Assembly: GCF_009914755.1 (NCBI RefSeq)
Contig: NC_060929.1
Source of the DNA: the human T2T-CHM13v2.0 reference genome, Homo sapiens
Reading direction: 5' to 3' (one strand)
DNA: 64,000 bases
The first letter of the stretch is position 1. Every line of letters begins with the position of its first letter. The notes under the pieces are model-generated. The model did not search any database. It saw only the letters and a list, made by a program, of their open reading frames with translations, and was not told where the DNA came from. Both the position numbers and the translations under genes were made by a program. Below are positions 30,709 through 44,974 of this stretch, piece by piece.

Positions 30709-31715
30709 TCAAAAAAAAAAAGAAAAAATACTCCCTGATATTTATCCTCACCCTCTCTTAGATTCCCAGTATCTTTTAAGTATTAATTATACTTAATAAC
30801 TCTTCGTCACGGTTGAATTTTTACTTTTGGGGAGAGGGGGTTGCCGTTAAATTTGGGATCAGAGCAAGAGAAAATCAGAATTATTGGTTATGGCTAGCAC
30901 CAAACTCTGGAGAAAAGTGTCCTCTTGTCTGTTTGGGAGTCTGTCCTGCCATCTGACCTGGCCTACTTCATTGTTGAAGTCCTGGTTACTCTGAGGTATA
31001 TTTTGTCATAAGGCTAAAGCCATGATTCAGTTCCATTTTAGTTTACCAGGCACACCACCACCCTGTCTGCAGGTGGATTAATCAGTATGTCAAACAGAAT
31101 GAGAGATTGATCTGTTCTGGTAGTGCTTTAAGGGTACTCTGGCTTAATGTATATCCACACTAGACTATATATACAAAGTAAGTTACTGGCATCTTAGTCA
31201 CATCCTCTAAGAAGTTCTTTGGTCTTTTTCATTCTAAACAGAATAGTTTGATTTTTATTCATATGGTATGATTGTTGTGTGTGTGCATGTGTGTGTGTGT
31301 GTGCTGTTAATTTTTATTTTAAGTTATAAAATTGATCATAATAGAAATGAGACTATTTCCTGCATTATTCTCTGACTGTAGTTTGGGGAGCATTGTAATT
31401 ATTTTGTTCCACAGCTTTTGGGTAACTGTTAAACAATGAACTAATTTGTTATCTAAATAAAATGATTGCTATTTTAAAAAAAATTACAGAAATGTATTTT
31501 GTGGATTTGTCTAGGAGTCTCGTTTTGTTGAATTGGATACCTGACATTTGCCCATTCATTTTACTTGAAATAGACTTCTGATATATAGTGAACGTGAGGA
31601 GAATTGCAGTCTTATGATTTATTAATATGATAAAATGAGCATTCAGAAATTCACAGCTGTATTTTATCTTGTTTTACTTCCAAACATTAGGAACTCTACA
31701 ACAAAAATGGCCTTT

Positions 31716-31755
<40 letters not shown>

Positions 31756-31760
31756 TTTGA

Positions 31761-31946
<186 letters not shown>

Positions 31947-33408
31947 TAGTCGGGCTGGTCTCGAACTCCCGACCTCAGGTGATCCGCCTGCCTCGGCCCC
32001 CCAAAATGCTGGGAATACAGGTGTGAACCACCGTGCCCAGCCAGAATGGCCTTTACTATGCTAACTTTTTGTGACCACTAAATGTTGTTTTACAGTTATG
32101 ATGAAGAATATCATCATTCTTGTAGGAAAAGACATTTGCTTGGGGTGGAACTAATTCATAGAAGTATATTAGTAGTGGGTGAGGTGAATAAAATGTGTGG
32201 CTCTTGATTAGACTCCTGATGTTGAGTATTTGTTTTGAGTTTTAATGTTGCTTTAATTTGGATTAATCTGAAGTCATTTTAAGTTGGAATGTCATTCAGT
32301 ATTTCAGAACTGTTTAATTTACAGTTCACCAGGTAAACAGGTCTCTGTCAAATCTAATAGCTGTGAATACAATTGTAGGAAGATGGGTTATTTTTCTTTC
32401 TTTCTTTCTTTCTTTTTTTGAGACTTGCTCTGTCTCCCAGGCTGTTGTAGTGCAGTGGCGCGATCTTGGCTCAGTGCAACCTCCGCCTCCTGGGTTCAAA
32501 CAGTTCTCCTGCTTCAGCCTCCCGAGTAGCTGGGATTACAGGCATGTGCCACTGCACCTAGCTAATTTTTGTATAATTTTTAGTAGAAACGGGGTTTCAC
32601 CATATTGGCCATGGTTGGCCAGGCTGGATTCAAATTCCTGACCTCAGGTGATCTGCCCCCCTCGGCCTCCCAAAGTGCTGAGATTACAGGCATGGGCCAC
32701 TGCACCCAGCCATGAAGATGGATTTTAAGTACAGGGTGGAGTGCAATAAAATTGAGCCTGTGGATCTCTGGGTACATACCCCTTCTCTTTCTCCATCCAT
32801 TTCAGTCACAGAAAGCATTGTGTATCTAGTCTATATGTTGGAAATCTCTGGCAAGTCTTTATTTTTTCTTAAGGAGTAGGTGGTGTTCACAGGTCTGTTG
32901 GAGCATTGTTTTTGTTTTGTTTTAAGATGGAGTCTCGCTTTTGTTGCCTAGACTGGAGTGCAGTGGTGCGATCTTGGCTCACTGCAACCTCTGCCTCTCC
33001 AAGTTCAAGCAATTCTCCTGCCTCAGCCTCCTGAGTAGCTGGGATTACAGGCATGTGCCACCACACCTGACTAATTTTGTATTTTTAGTAGTGATGGGGT
33101 TTCTCCATGTTGGTCAGGCTGGTCTTTAACTCTCAACCTCAGGTGATCCACCCGCCTCAGCCTCCTAACGTGCTAGGATTACAGGTGTGAGCCATCATGC
33201 CCTGTCTGTTGGAGCATTTTAAAATCTGATTCCTTTCCCCCTGAAGTTTCCGTTCAACCCTTTACTGTGGTCAGGTTGATTTCTTTAATTGCTAAAACAA
33301 GTCAAAATTCAATATCCATGGCAGCTGACAATTCAGACTTTGGCATATAAAGTAAAGGGTTTATTTTTTCATTCCTCTGTAAATGGTGTTGTTTTCACTT
33401 ATTTATAG

Positions 33409-33484
33409 TGCTATGAAGCTGGTCACCTGGAGAATGGCATAACTGAATCTTGTGCCACATCTTATTCAAAAGATTTTGGTGGAG
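33409..33484 (+). CDS. NSD1: NSD1 exon 9 (76 nt; CYEAGHLENG…KDFGG)
   Basis: Acceptor atttatAG|TGCTAT, donor GGAG|GTGAGT; phase 0 to 1. Confidence 0.93.
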
Positions 33485-34732
33485 GTGAGTATTTTTGAGA
33501 TTTAAAAAACGTAATGCAGTAGTAAGTTTGAAGTGCTTTGTCTGTTAACCACAAAAATTGTTACATGTGTAAGCCCGACCAGTGAGGTACAAGTTTTAAA
33601 ACTGGTTTGCCCAAAATCTGCTTCCTGAAAAAGAAAAAATATTGATAAATTGAATATCTACTCTACCAGGACTTTTAGTAGGAATGCTACCTGTAATCTC
33701 TCTAAAGCGTTACAGAGAGTTAGGTTATTATCTATAGTATTCCTGTTTTATAGAAGAAATGTGAAGATGAACAAGGTAGCAAGGTCAGGGAACTAAATCC
33801 ACACCTGACCAATTTCATGGTCATACTCCTGTCTTCTTATCCACCCCAGGTTTTCTCCATGCCACTTCTTTCTTCCACTCTTCATTTGTCTGCCAATGCC
33901 ATTTATTGATTAGTGTCATTTTTGAAATATTATTCCAGATTTGAGCACACTGCAACAGATGTGGTCTGCTAGCAAAGAGTATCATGGGAAGATTATATTT
34001 CATGTGGCCTACGATTATTAAATTTTCTAACAAGTAAATCTAGCAACATGTTAGCTTATTTTAGCTATGTGACAATTGTAATCCCATAGGTTGGTCAATT
34101 TGCTTGTAAGATTTAAAAATAAGCTGCTTTCAAAATAATATCAGGCCGTTCATGGTGGCCCACAACTGCAATTTCAGTGCTTTGGAGGCCAAGATAAGAG
34201 GATGACTTGAGGCCAGGTGTTCCATCCAGACCAGGCTCGGCACTTAGTGAGACCCTGTCTCTATCTACAGTTTAAAAAAATGAGCTAGGCATGGTGGTGT
34301 ATTTCTGTAGTCACAGCTACTTGTTAAGCTGACATGTAGCTTAACATGTTCAAGGAACGATCCCTTGAACCCGAGAGGTTGAGGCTACAGAGAGCTGTTG
34401 CTCACACCAGGCACTGTAGCCTGGGCAACAATGCGAGACCATGTCTCTTAAAATAATAGTAGTAATAATAATAACAACAGCTCTTTTCCTGTATTTTTAT
34501 ATTTCGTTTTTAAAATAAAACCTACAACATGAACTTTATCCATTATAAATTTTGTGTTAAGTGTTCCAGCTCATGAGAATTTCAAATCTTTCTATTGTGC
34601 TCATATTAACTCTTCTTTTAGTGTTAGGCTGCGAGCAGTTTTGATGGCAGAGCTTCTCCAACTCAATCAGGCAGTCAAAAAAGAGCTCACTGAGGCAGTC
34701 TTCAAAACTCCAGCTTTCATACTGTTAACTAG

Positions 34733-35071
<339 letters not shown>

Positions 35072-35202
35072 TGATCTCCTGACCTCGTGATCTGTCCACC
35101 TTGGCCTCCCAAAGTGCTGGGATTACAGGCATGAGCCACCCTGCCCAGCCTCAACCCTCCATCTTAATCCTTTTATTTTTTTTATTTTTTATTTTTTTTT
35201 GA

Positions 35203-35307
<105 letters not shown>

Positions 35308-35890
35308 TGAGTAGCTGGGATTACAGGCATGCACCACCATGCCTGGCTAATTTTGTATTTTTAGTAGAGACAGGATTTCACTATGTTGGTCAGGCTGGTA
35401 TCAAATTCCTGACCTCATGTGATCTGCCGGCCTCAGCCTCTCAAAGTGCTGGGATTACAGGCTTGAGCCACGGTGCCCAGTCCTTAATCTTTAAATCATA
35501 TAGTGATTTGTATTATTGTCTCCAGTCTTGAAGTCTAGGGAGTGGTATCTTTTGATGACTAGTAAAATGCATTTCCCCTTCATCTATAGGATTTAATTCC
35601 TTTGAAGAACTACAAGATTTGTCATTTCAATCATATAAATTAAAATTTCTGTAATAACCTATACACTTACTATTTAATCTATATGAGGGAGCAGTTACAT
35701 ATATGTAGCCATTTCCCTTCTTGTTATGTCATCATGAGTTAGTCTCAATTATTATTTCCCCCGTTTTCCTAATCCACAAAGCTGGAGAATTAAATGAGTT
35801 TTAAGGTTGGTTTTTATTCTAATAATAGGATAAGAGATTTTGGACATGTGTGTTAGTAGCCAGCAGTTAACACCTATTTTCCTGTCATAG

Positions 35891-36009
35891 GCACTACCAA
35901 GATATTTGACAAGCCAAGGAAGCGAAAACGACAGAGGCATGCTGCAGCCAAGATGCAGTGTAAAAAAGTGAAAAATGATGACTCGTCAAAAGAGATTCCA
36001 GGCTCAGAG
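35891..36009 (+). CDS. NSD1: NSD1 exon 10 (119 nt; GTTKIFDKPRKRKRQRH…IPGSE)
   Basis: Acceptor cctgtcatAG|GCACT, donor AGAG|GTATTA; phase 1 to 0. Confidence 0.94.
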
Positions 36010-37136
36010 GTATTACTCAGTTCCTGATCTTTTCACCTTCTAAAGAGAAGCTACTTTTCACGCCAGAGGCCACATCCCTCTTTCCCTTGAGTTTTCTTAA
36101 GAATACTATTCTACTGAAATGGCTGATGGCCATAAGGAATCTTGGAGGAAAAGTAGAGCCTTATCCTAATAATAAGGCAAGGCATGTATTGCAGCTGTCA
36201 ATATGGTCTTTTTAAAAGATCATCACATCCTATGCTGTAGGTGTCCAATCAGGTATATAAGTGTTTCATCGTTAAGTAAACTTGTAAAACCGGAGAGTAC
36301 AATATCAAGTCAACATATGATCTGAAGGAACATAGATACTGTCCTATAAAAGTTGAGACTGGCCAGGTGCTGTGGCTCACGCCTGTAATCCCAACACTTT
36401 GGGAGGCCGAGGCGGGAAGATAACTTGAGGTTGAGAGTTCGAGACCAGCCTCGCCAACATGGTGAAACCTCATCTCTACTAACAATACAGAAATTACCTG
36501 AGTGTGGTGGCATGCGCCTATAATTCCAGCTAATCGGGCAGAGGCACAAGAATCACTTGAACCCTTGAGGCAGAGGTTGTAGTGAGCCGAAATCATGCCA
36601 CTGCCCTCCAGCCTGGGTGACAGAATGAGACTCTGTTGCAAAAGAAAAAAATTGAGACTGCTGGCTGGGCGTTGTGGCTCATGCCACTCAGCTCTTTGGG
36701 AGGCTGAGGTGGGAGGATCATATGAGAACAGGATTTCGAGACCAACCTGTGAAATACAGTGAGACCTTGTCTCTACTTAAAAAAAAAAAAAAAAAAATCG
36801 AGACTGCTGTGGTTAGCGGGAAGATTTACTTGCTTATTTCTTGAGACCATCAGCTACTTAATCTTAGGACAATTTTTATGAATATCGGCCTTCAGGAAAC
36901 AAAAGATTTAAAACCATTTACTTGCAAAGCATCAGTGCAATCATTGATATTATCTTCGGGTTTCCAACTCAGGTTAAAAGAGAGAAGTCAGGTCAGCATC
37001 ACACATTATGATGCAGAATGTTTCTTTCCAGGACAATTTGAATAGAATGCCCAAGAGGGGCATTATTTAGGAAACACTGATCTTGGAAGGACAAATAAGT
37101 AATCAAATAAACTTAAGAATGTTTTCTCTCCCTTAG

Positions 37137-37292
37137 TGAAACCTTAAAATGGAACAGCTCAGAAAGTTCCAGTGGAACAAACAGCCTCAGAGCAGTTAGT
37201 GGCAGGGCATGAGGCGCCCACTACCCGCCCAATCACAGCAGGGTTAGAACTAACATTGCATGCAGTCCGCCCGAGTGATTGGCTGAACATCT
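37137..37292 (+). other. NSD1: Candidate 156-nt NMD-inducing (poison) cassette exon in intron 10
   Basis: Acceptor gttttctctcccttAG|TGA, donor CT|GTAAGT. Five stops in the exon-10 frame, the first being the first codon. Non-repetitive sequence. Confidence 0.7.
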
Positions 37293-37393
37293 GTAAGTGC
37301 TTAATGGCTAGACAAATAGCAGCCCAGAGGGAGGGGGTCAAATGGAAGAGACATCAATAATACAGATGTGGGACATTATTTTTTCTTTGCAAG

Positions 37394-37537
37394 GGAGAAC
37401 TAATGCCTCACAGGACGGCCACAAGCCCCAAGGAGACTGTTGAGGAAGGTGTAGAACACGATCCCGGGATGCCTGCCTCTAAAAAAATGCAGGGTGAACG
37501 CGGTGGAGGAGCTGCACTCAAGGAGAATGTCTGTCAG
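37394..37537 (+). CDS. NSD1: NSD1 exon 11 (144 nt; GELMPHRTATSPK…KENVCQ), start of PHD1
   Basis: Acceptor ttttctttgcaAG|GGAGAA, donor TCAG|GTAGAG; phase 0 to 0. Confidence 0.95.
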
Positions 37538-37959
37538 GTAGAGAAATGTTTGCCCACTTGTGTTTTCATTGCATGTTCATCTTTAAAGGGAAACCCACTC
37601 CATCTCTTTATGATGGTTTCTTGGTAGAATAACAATGCTTTTGGATGATTCCAGTGGAGTCACTTTCTTTAAGGATTTGACCCCTTTTTTTCTCCCCACA
37701 AAGAAAGATACTTGGAGAAATAGTTTAGTGTTGGTGAACCACGTGCCCTTAAGGCCCATGAAGGAATATATGCCGCGAAACAAGTCTGAGATGGAATATG
37801 TGAATCTCTGGTTGCTTATTCAAATATAATTCTCCAGTACTTCTCATGGTGTCACAATCTTTGGGTTTGTAAGAAACTTTTCAAGGGTAATTTTAGCTTT
37901 GAGATGTTTTTCCTTTAATGTGGTGACTTTAGAAAGCCTACCACCTATATTGTTTTATT

Positions 37960-38180
37960 TATTTAATAAATATTTGTAGAGTATTTACTATGTATGAAGT
38001 ATTGTTCCAAGCACTTTATAAATATTACATTATTTAGTCATCCTAATAATCTCATAAGTAGAGTTCTATGATTATTCCCATTTTGCAGATGAGGAAACTA
38101 AATTACAGAGAGGATAAATAGCTTGTTTATATTCATGAGAGAAGCCTGGATTTAAACTTCGGCAGTCTGGATTTAGAGTC
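37960..38180. mobile_element. MIR SINE (similar copies near 28000-28150, 56440-56600, 60570-60790)
   Basis: attcccattttgcagatgaggaaact MIR core. Confidence 0.7.
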
Positions 38181-39546
38181 TCCCTCTCCGTTTTTCTAAC
38201 CTTTAAGCTCCGTTGGACTTGGTTGGTTTAGAGTCTTAACCATTTTGTTGGATTGCCTCTCTGTGAGATAGGGGATTCCACTTTATTGTTAGAGACTTGA
38301 AGTCTTTGTGAGTAGAGTCAATGACCATTTGAATATATATATTTTTAATGGTCTTGATTTACCTATGTAATTCTTAAAATTTAGTATATACAAACTTGAA
38401 GTTAGGCAATGCGCAGTGGCTCATACCTACAATCACAGTGCTTCTGGAAGCTGAGGCAGCAGGATTGCTTGAGGCCAGGAGTTCTAGACCAGTCTGGGCA
38501 GCACAGCGAGACCCCTGTCTCTATTTTTAAAAAATTTGTCTTTTTTTTAAATTAGCCAGCTGCAGTGGCTCATACCTGTAGCCCAACAGGTCAAGATTAC
38601 AGACTTGTCTTTTAAATAAACAAAAAACTTGAGGATGTTAGTTTTTCTTTTTTCTTTTTTATTAATTAATTAATTATTTATTTATTTATTTATTTTTGAG
38701 ACGAAGTCTCGCTCTGTCGGCCAGGCTGCAGTGCAGTGGCGCGATCTCTGCTCACTGCAAGCTCCGCCTCCTGGGTTCACGCCATTCTCCTGCCTCAGCC
38801 TCCCATTCTCCTGCCTCAGCCTCCTGAGTACCGGGACTATAGGCACCCGCCACCATGTCCAGCTAATTTTTTGTATTTTTTGGTAGAGATGGGGTTTCAC
38901 CGTGTTGGCGAGGATGGTCTCGATCTCCTGACCTCGTGATCTGCCCGCCTCGGCCTCCCAAAGTGCTGGGATTACAGGCGTGAGCCACCACGCCCGGCCA
39001 GTTCTTCTTTTTTAAATTGAAACCATAGGCCAAGCACAGCACTAATCTCAGCACTTTGTGAGGCTGAGGTGGGTGGATCATTTGAGCCCAGGAATTTGAG
39101 ACCAGCCAGGCAACATGGTAAAACCCTGTCTCTGCCAAAAATACAAAAATTAGCCAGGCATGACAGTTCGTGCCTGTAATTCCCCTGCTGGGGAGGCTGA
39201 GGTCATTGGATCACCTGAAGCTGGGGAGGTAGAGGCTTTAGTGAGCCATGGTCATGCCACTGCACTCCCACCTGGGTGACTGAGACCCTATCTCACAAAT
39301 AATAAATAGTAATAGATAAATAAGTTGAGATCTCTAAAAAAGTAAACTCAGACCAGAAAATGTTATTGTGGCCAATATAATTTCAATCCAGTTTCTTTGC
39401 CTATTATCTTCACTATTACATTCTTGGACCAGATCCCAAACAACAGTCTTAATCCTCAAAAACAGTTATGCCCATTATTTACTTAGTGAGACAAGTCAGA
39501 GTGTAAATACATTTTACAAAGATCATTTAATGAAAAGGTTAAAGGT

Positions 39547-39678
39547 AAGGTGACCCTGTGGTCCTGGCTTGTCTGGATCAGTCTTTGTGTAGGTCCCTTG
39601 TGCTGTCACAATTTATTAATAGCACTTCTTTTCACTCTCAGGTGTCCCGGTTTGAAAGATAAATTACGTGGTTATCCC
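39547..39678. mobile_element. MER94-like hAT MITE
   Basis: aaggtgaccctgtggtcctggcttgtc…cactctcaggtgtcccggtttg…gataaattacgtggttatccc matches the MER94 layout with degenerate TIRs. Confidence 0.65.
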
Positions 39679-40185
39679 AGTTGAATAATTAGTCTATAAC
39701 ATTTAGTTAATGCAAAAACTTTATTTCTAATTCACGTTGTAATTAACGTTTTCCTATTTAAGTGCTGAAGGTCAGTTTTTTTTTTTTTTTACCATATATA
39801 GAAACGTTATTGGCACTCTGAATATGCAAAGTACAATATATAGTGCTATTTTTCAGTTTTTATATGTGAATAGTAGATAATGGGGAGTCAGACATTTGAG
39901 GATATCTCAGACTATAGGTTGATAAAGTCCCTGAGTTCCCCTATCAATTCCAGGCTACCTCTCTAACCTTTCTCCCTAAAGCTGTCCTGTTTTTTATTTA
40001 AGCTTTGATTCTTAAGTGATCAAGACCTATTCTGTTTCTATGAGTTCTTGAAGCTAAAACTTACTTAGTCACCTTTCCCCTTGTTTGCTTTTCATAGTAG
40101 TACAAGGCTTTAAAAATATTTGGGCTGGGTGCGGTGGCTCACACCTGTAATCCCAGCACTTTGGGAGGCCAAGGTGGGTGGATCA

Positions 40186-40437
<252 letters not shown>

Positions 40438-40942
40438 TTATAGTGACAGATGCCCATTGTTATTTCCTAAGCGCCTGTCTTAAGTGAGGCCCTATCTTAG
40501 CTGAGATTATTTCAGAAAAGTGATCTCTCTCTGGGATGGTTGTAGGTATGTCCCAAAAGGGCTGTTTAGACCTTGGTGGGAGCTCTTTTGGAACTTTATG
40601 ATCCAACTCTAGCTAGCCAGTGTCTGTTGCTTGAACCATTCAGTAGCTTTCTGGTTTATCTCTATGCTCTTTTCTGACCTTTCTACTCTTGAACTCGTTT
40701 TCCATGTAGCAGTCAGAACAGTCTTTTTAAAAATGAATACCTGATTTTAGCTTTCCTTTGTTAAAGCTCTCCAATGGTACACCTTTGTAACTAGACTAAA
40801 ATCTACAACTACGGGCCCTTGCCTCTTTCTCACCTCCTTTTCTGCCACTTTTAACCTTTGTTTACTTTAACCCACTGACACTGGTTTTACTCTTGATTCT
40901 CAAACATGGAAAAACAGATAGATGTTTTCTTTCTCTTAACAG

Positions 40943-41066
40943 AATTGTGAAAAATTGGGTGAGCTGCTGTTATGTGAGGCTCAGTGCTGTGGGGCTTTCC
41001 ACCTGGAGTGCCTTGGATTGACTGAGATGCCAAGAGGAAAATTTATCTGCAATGAATGTCGCACAG
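40943..41066 (+). CDS. NSD1: NSD1 exon 12 (124 nt; [23 protein letters not shown]…CNECRT), PHD1
   Basis: Acceptor ttctcttaacAG|AATTG, donor ACAG|GTAAAG; C4HC3 pattern. Confidence 0.97.
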
Positions 41067-41748
41067 GTAAAGTAGATATCGAACGGTCTTCCTCCAAAGA
41101 AAGTTTGAATTTTAAGTTTTTCAGGAAAGACATTTATTGGAGACACTATTTTGTGGCAACACTGGGCTAGTTGTTACAGATATAGAAATGGTGCTGTGGG
41201 GTCACTGCTTTCAGAAAAGCTACCAAGTGAATAATAAATGGGTAGCATAATACAGTGCAAAAAGCATTGTGTTGGTGATACATTTAGAATGTAATGTAAG
41301 CAAAGATGAGCTGATGCCATAGAGGAAGATATCTGTGTTTAGCTTTAAGAGAGAAAGAGAAATTGATGTCGGGAGGGGAAGTGCAGAAGGTCTAGTAATG
41401 AAAGCGTGTAAAACATTTGGGGAATATGGAATACAGGCCAATGTGTTTATAGAGTTTAGGATATTTTAGGTAAAAGGCATAGGCAGTAACTAAGAGGGCT
41501 TCTTGGTTACTGGTAATATTTTATATTTCTTAATCTGCGTAGTGATTACATGAGCATGTTTACTTCATCAACTATACTCTTAGGATGCGTGTACTTTATG
41601 GTGTGTACATTATACATCGATAAAAATATTTACCAAAAAAGTAAAAAGATTATTTGCGGGTTATAATGCTTAGATTGGGTTAGAAAATAGGAATAGTCAG
41701 CTGAGACCAGCTGGTAAAGCACTTCATAAAGCTGCGCTAAAGTAAAGT

Positions 41749-41785
<37 letters not shown>

Positions 41786-44217
41786 AGAGATGAGGTCTTG
41801 TTGTCCAGGTTTGAGTACAGTGGCGTGATCATAGCTCATTGTAGTCTTGAGCTCCTGGGCTCAAGCAATCCTCCCAACTCAGCTTCCCAAGTAGCTGGGA
41901 CTGCAGCCACTTGCCACCATGCGTGGGCAATTTTTTTTATTTTTTGTTGAGAAAGGGGGTCTTACTATGTTGCCCAGGCTGGAAAGTGTTCTCTCGCTCT
42001 CTCTCTCCTTTTTTTTTTTTTTTTTCTTAGCATGATGTGTAGATGTTACAGCATGTAAACAGTGAAGAAATCAGGGCTGAGGTATAGATCTTATGCCTGT
42101 AAGTCATTGAAGCTGCACATCTGGATGATACTTCCCAAAGAAAAAGTGTCATTAGGGTAGGATAATGGTCAGTGACACTACCTGGGCGTATATGCTCTTA
42201 TAACGAGTTACTGGAAGGAGAGGAGGAGCTAGTCAATATCTCTGAAGCCACAGGAGTCAGGTGTTATCTGTAGGGGCAGATGCAGCAAAGATACTAAGGA
42301 GGTTCTGGAGTGAAGAGAGGCTTTTGTATGTGGCAGTGAGAAAATGCTTCAATTTTTGCCAGAGGATGTCTCATTACACTAGATTGAAGGGTGAGTGGAT
42401 AGCCGTATACATAACTTCTTGAAGAAACTTGACTTCAGCAGAAAGGAAGACAGTACCTAAAGGGAGGATATTATAGGGTAAAGAGAAAAATCATTTTGAG
42501 TGTGTAAAACAGCTCTATTAAGGTAAAATTGAAGTGCAAACAATTGCACATATTTCAGGCCTATGAGTTGATAAATTTTGGTATGTGTATATGTATGCAT
42601 CTGTGAAATCATCACTCAGCATTATTATTTTGAGATTCAGTCAGGTTGTTGTGTGTATTGATAGTTCATTTCTTTTTATTGCTGAGTAGTAGTTTGTTGT
42701 ATGGATTTACTTGGTTGTTGATCCATTCATCTGTTGATAGACATTTGGGTTGTTTCCCGTTTTGGTTATTATAAATAAAGCTGCTGAGAACATTCAAGTT
42801 TTTGGACACTTTGTACCCTCCCTGCCCCTTCCCTCCCCCTCCCATTTTTCTTTTTTTTCCTTGAGACAGGGTCTCTCTCTGTCGCCTAGTCTGGAGTACA
42901 GTGATATGATTCTGGCTCACTTCAGCCTCAACCTCCCAGGCTCAAGCTATCCTTCTGGCTCAGCCTCCTTAGTAGCTGGGACTACAGGTGCTTGCCACAT
43001 GCCTGGCTAATTTTTTAAAATATTTTTGTAGAGACAGGATTTTATTACATTATTACCAGGCTGGTTTTGAAGTCCTGGGATCAAGCAGTCCTCCTCGTTC
43101 AGCCTCTGAAAGTGTTGGGATTATAGGTGTAACACACAATTCCTGGCCACATTTTCTTTTTTCGGTTTTTGTTTTTGTTTTTGTTTTTCAGAGTCTTGCA
43201 CTGTCACCCGGGCTCGAGTGCAATGGCGCAGTCTCGGCAACCTCCGCCTCCTGGGTTCAAGCAAGTCTCCTGCCTCAGCCTCCCAAGTAGCTGGGATTAC
43301 AGGCATGTGCCACCACTCCTGGCTAATTTTTGGATTTTTAGTGGAGACGGGGTTTCTCCTGTTGGTCAGGCTGGTCTCGGACTCCTGACCTCAGGTGGTC
43401 CACTCTCCTTGGCCTCCCAAAGTGCTGGGATTACAGGCATGAGCCACTGCACCTGGCCAACTTTTTCATATTCTTAGTGATGTATTTGTAAGACTAATAG
43501 TTCTTAATTTTTTGAAATCCAGTTTATCAATTTGTTCTTTTTATGGACTGTGATTTGCTGTCATAGCTAAGAAGTTTTGCTTAACCCAGTGTCACAAAGT
43601 TTCGTTGTTGTTTTTTTTCTTTTTAATCTGCGACAGAGTCTCACTCTGTCACCCAGGCCGGAGTGCAGTGGCGTGATCTCAGCTAACTGCAACCTCCACC
43701 TCCTGGGTTCAAGCGATTCTTGTGCCTCAGTCTCCCGAGTAGCAAGGATACCAGGCGTGCACCACCATGCCCAGCTAATTTTTGCATTTTTAGTAGAGAC
43801 GAGGTTTCACCATGTTGGCCAGGCTGTTCTCAAACTCCTGGCCTCAGATGATCCACCTGCTTTGGCCTCCCAAACTCCCAAAGGGCTGGGATTACAGGTG
43901 TGAGTCACCACGTCCAACCAGTGTCACAAAGATTTTTAGTTCTGTGTTTTCTTCATAGAATTTTTTAGTTTCACATTTCACTATTAGGTCTGTGATGTGT
44001 TTTGTATTAAGTTTTGCATATGACATGAGGTATAGAGAAGATAGAATTTTTTTATTTTTGGTTTTTTAAATTTGTGGGTTTTTTTCTCTTTTTCCTAGGA
44101 AAGCTATTATCTTTGAGAGTAGGACATTTTACCAGTTTTGGTACAGTGTAAGAAATGGGAGTCACTTATTAGTGCTCTTGGCTCACCCTATTTTCCTGCA
44201 ATAGGGTGGTCACATCA

Positions 44218-44541
<324 letters not shown>

Positions 44542-44815
44542 TCAGCATCAGGTAGTGTTTTCCCTGTTTACAAATACATATTCAAATATTGTTCTTAAAA
44601 TATTTATTTGCTGGATGTTCTCAGTGTTTATAGATAAAATGGATGATTTGAATGAGCCGTTTCCAGCAATTACCTGTAGGAGGATTCATGTTGAGGTCTG
44701 TTTACCTGTCAAGCTTAGGCTCTTTTTCTTATGTTGTACTGCATCTCACAGAGAGATAGAGGTCTGTGGTTTTTGTTTTGTTTTGTTTTTTTGTTTTTTG
44801 GTTTTGTTTTTCTGA

Positions 44816-44974
<159 letters not shown>

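Noticed and set aside
37149-37199. Strong-Kozak ATG (AAAATGG) in frame with exon 11 as an alternative N-terminus
   Set aside because: Closed by TAG after 16 codons, with further in-frame stops before the donor.
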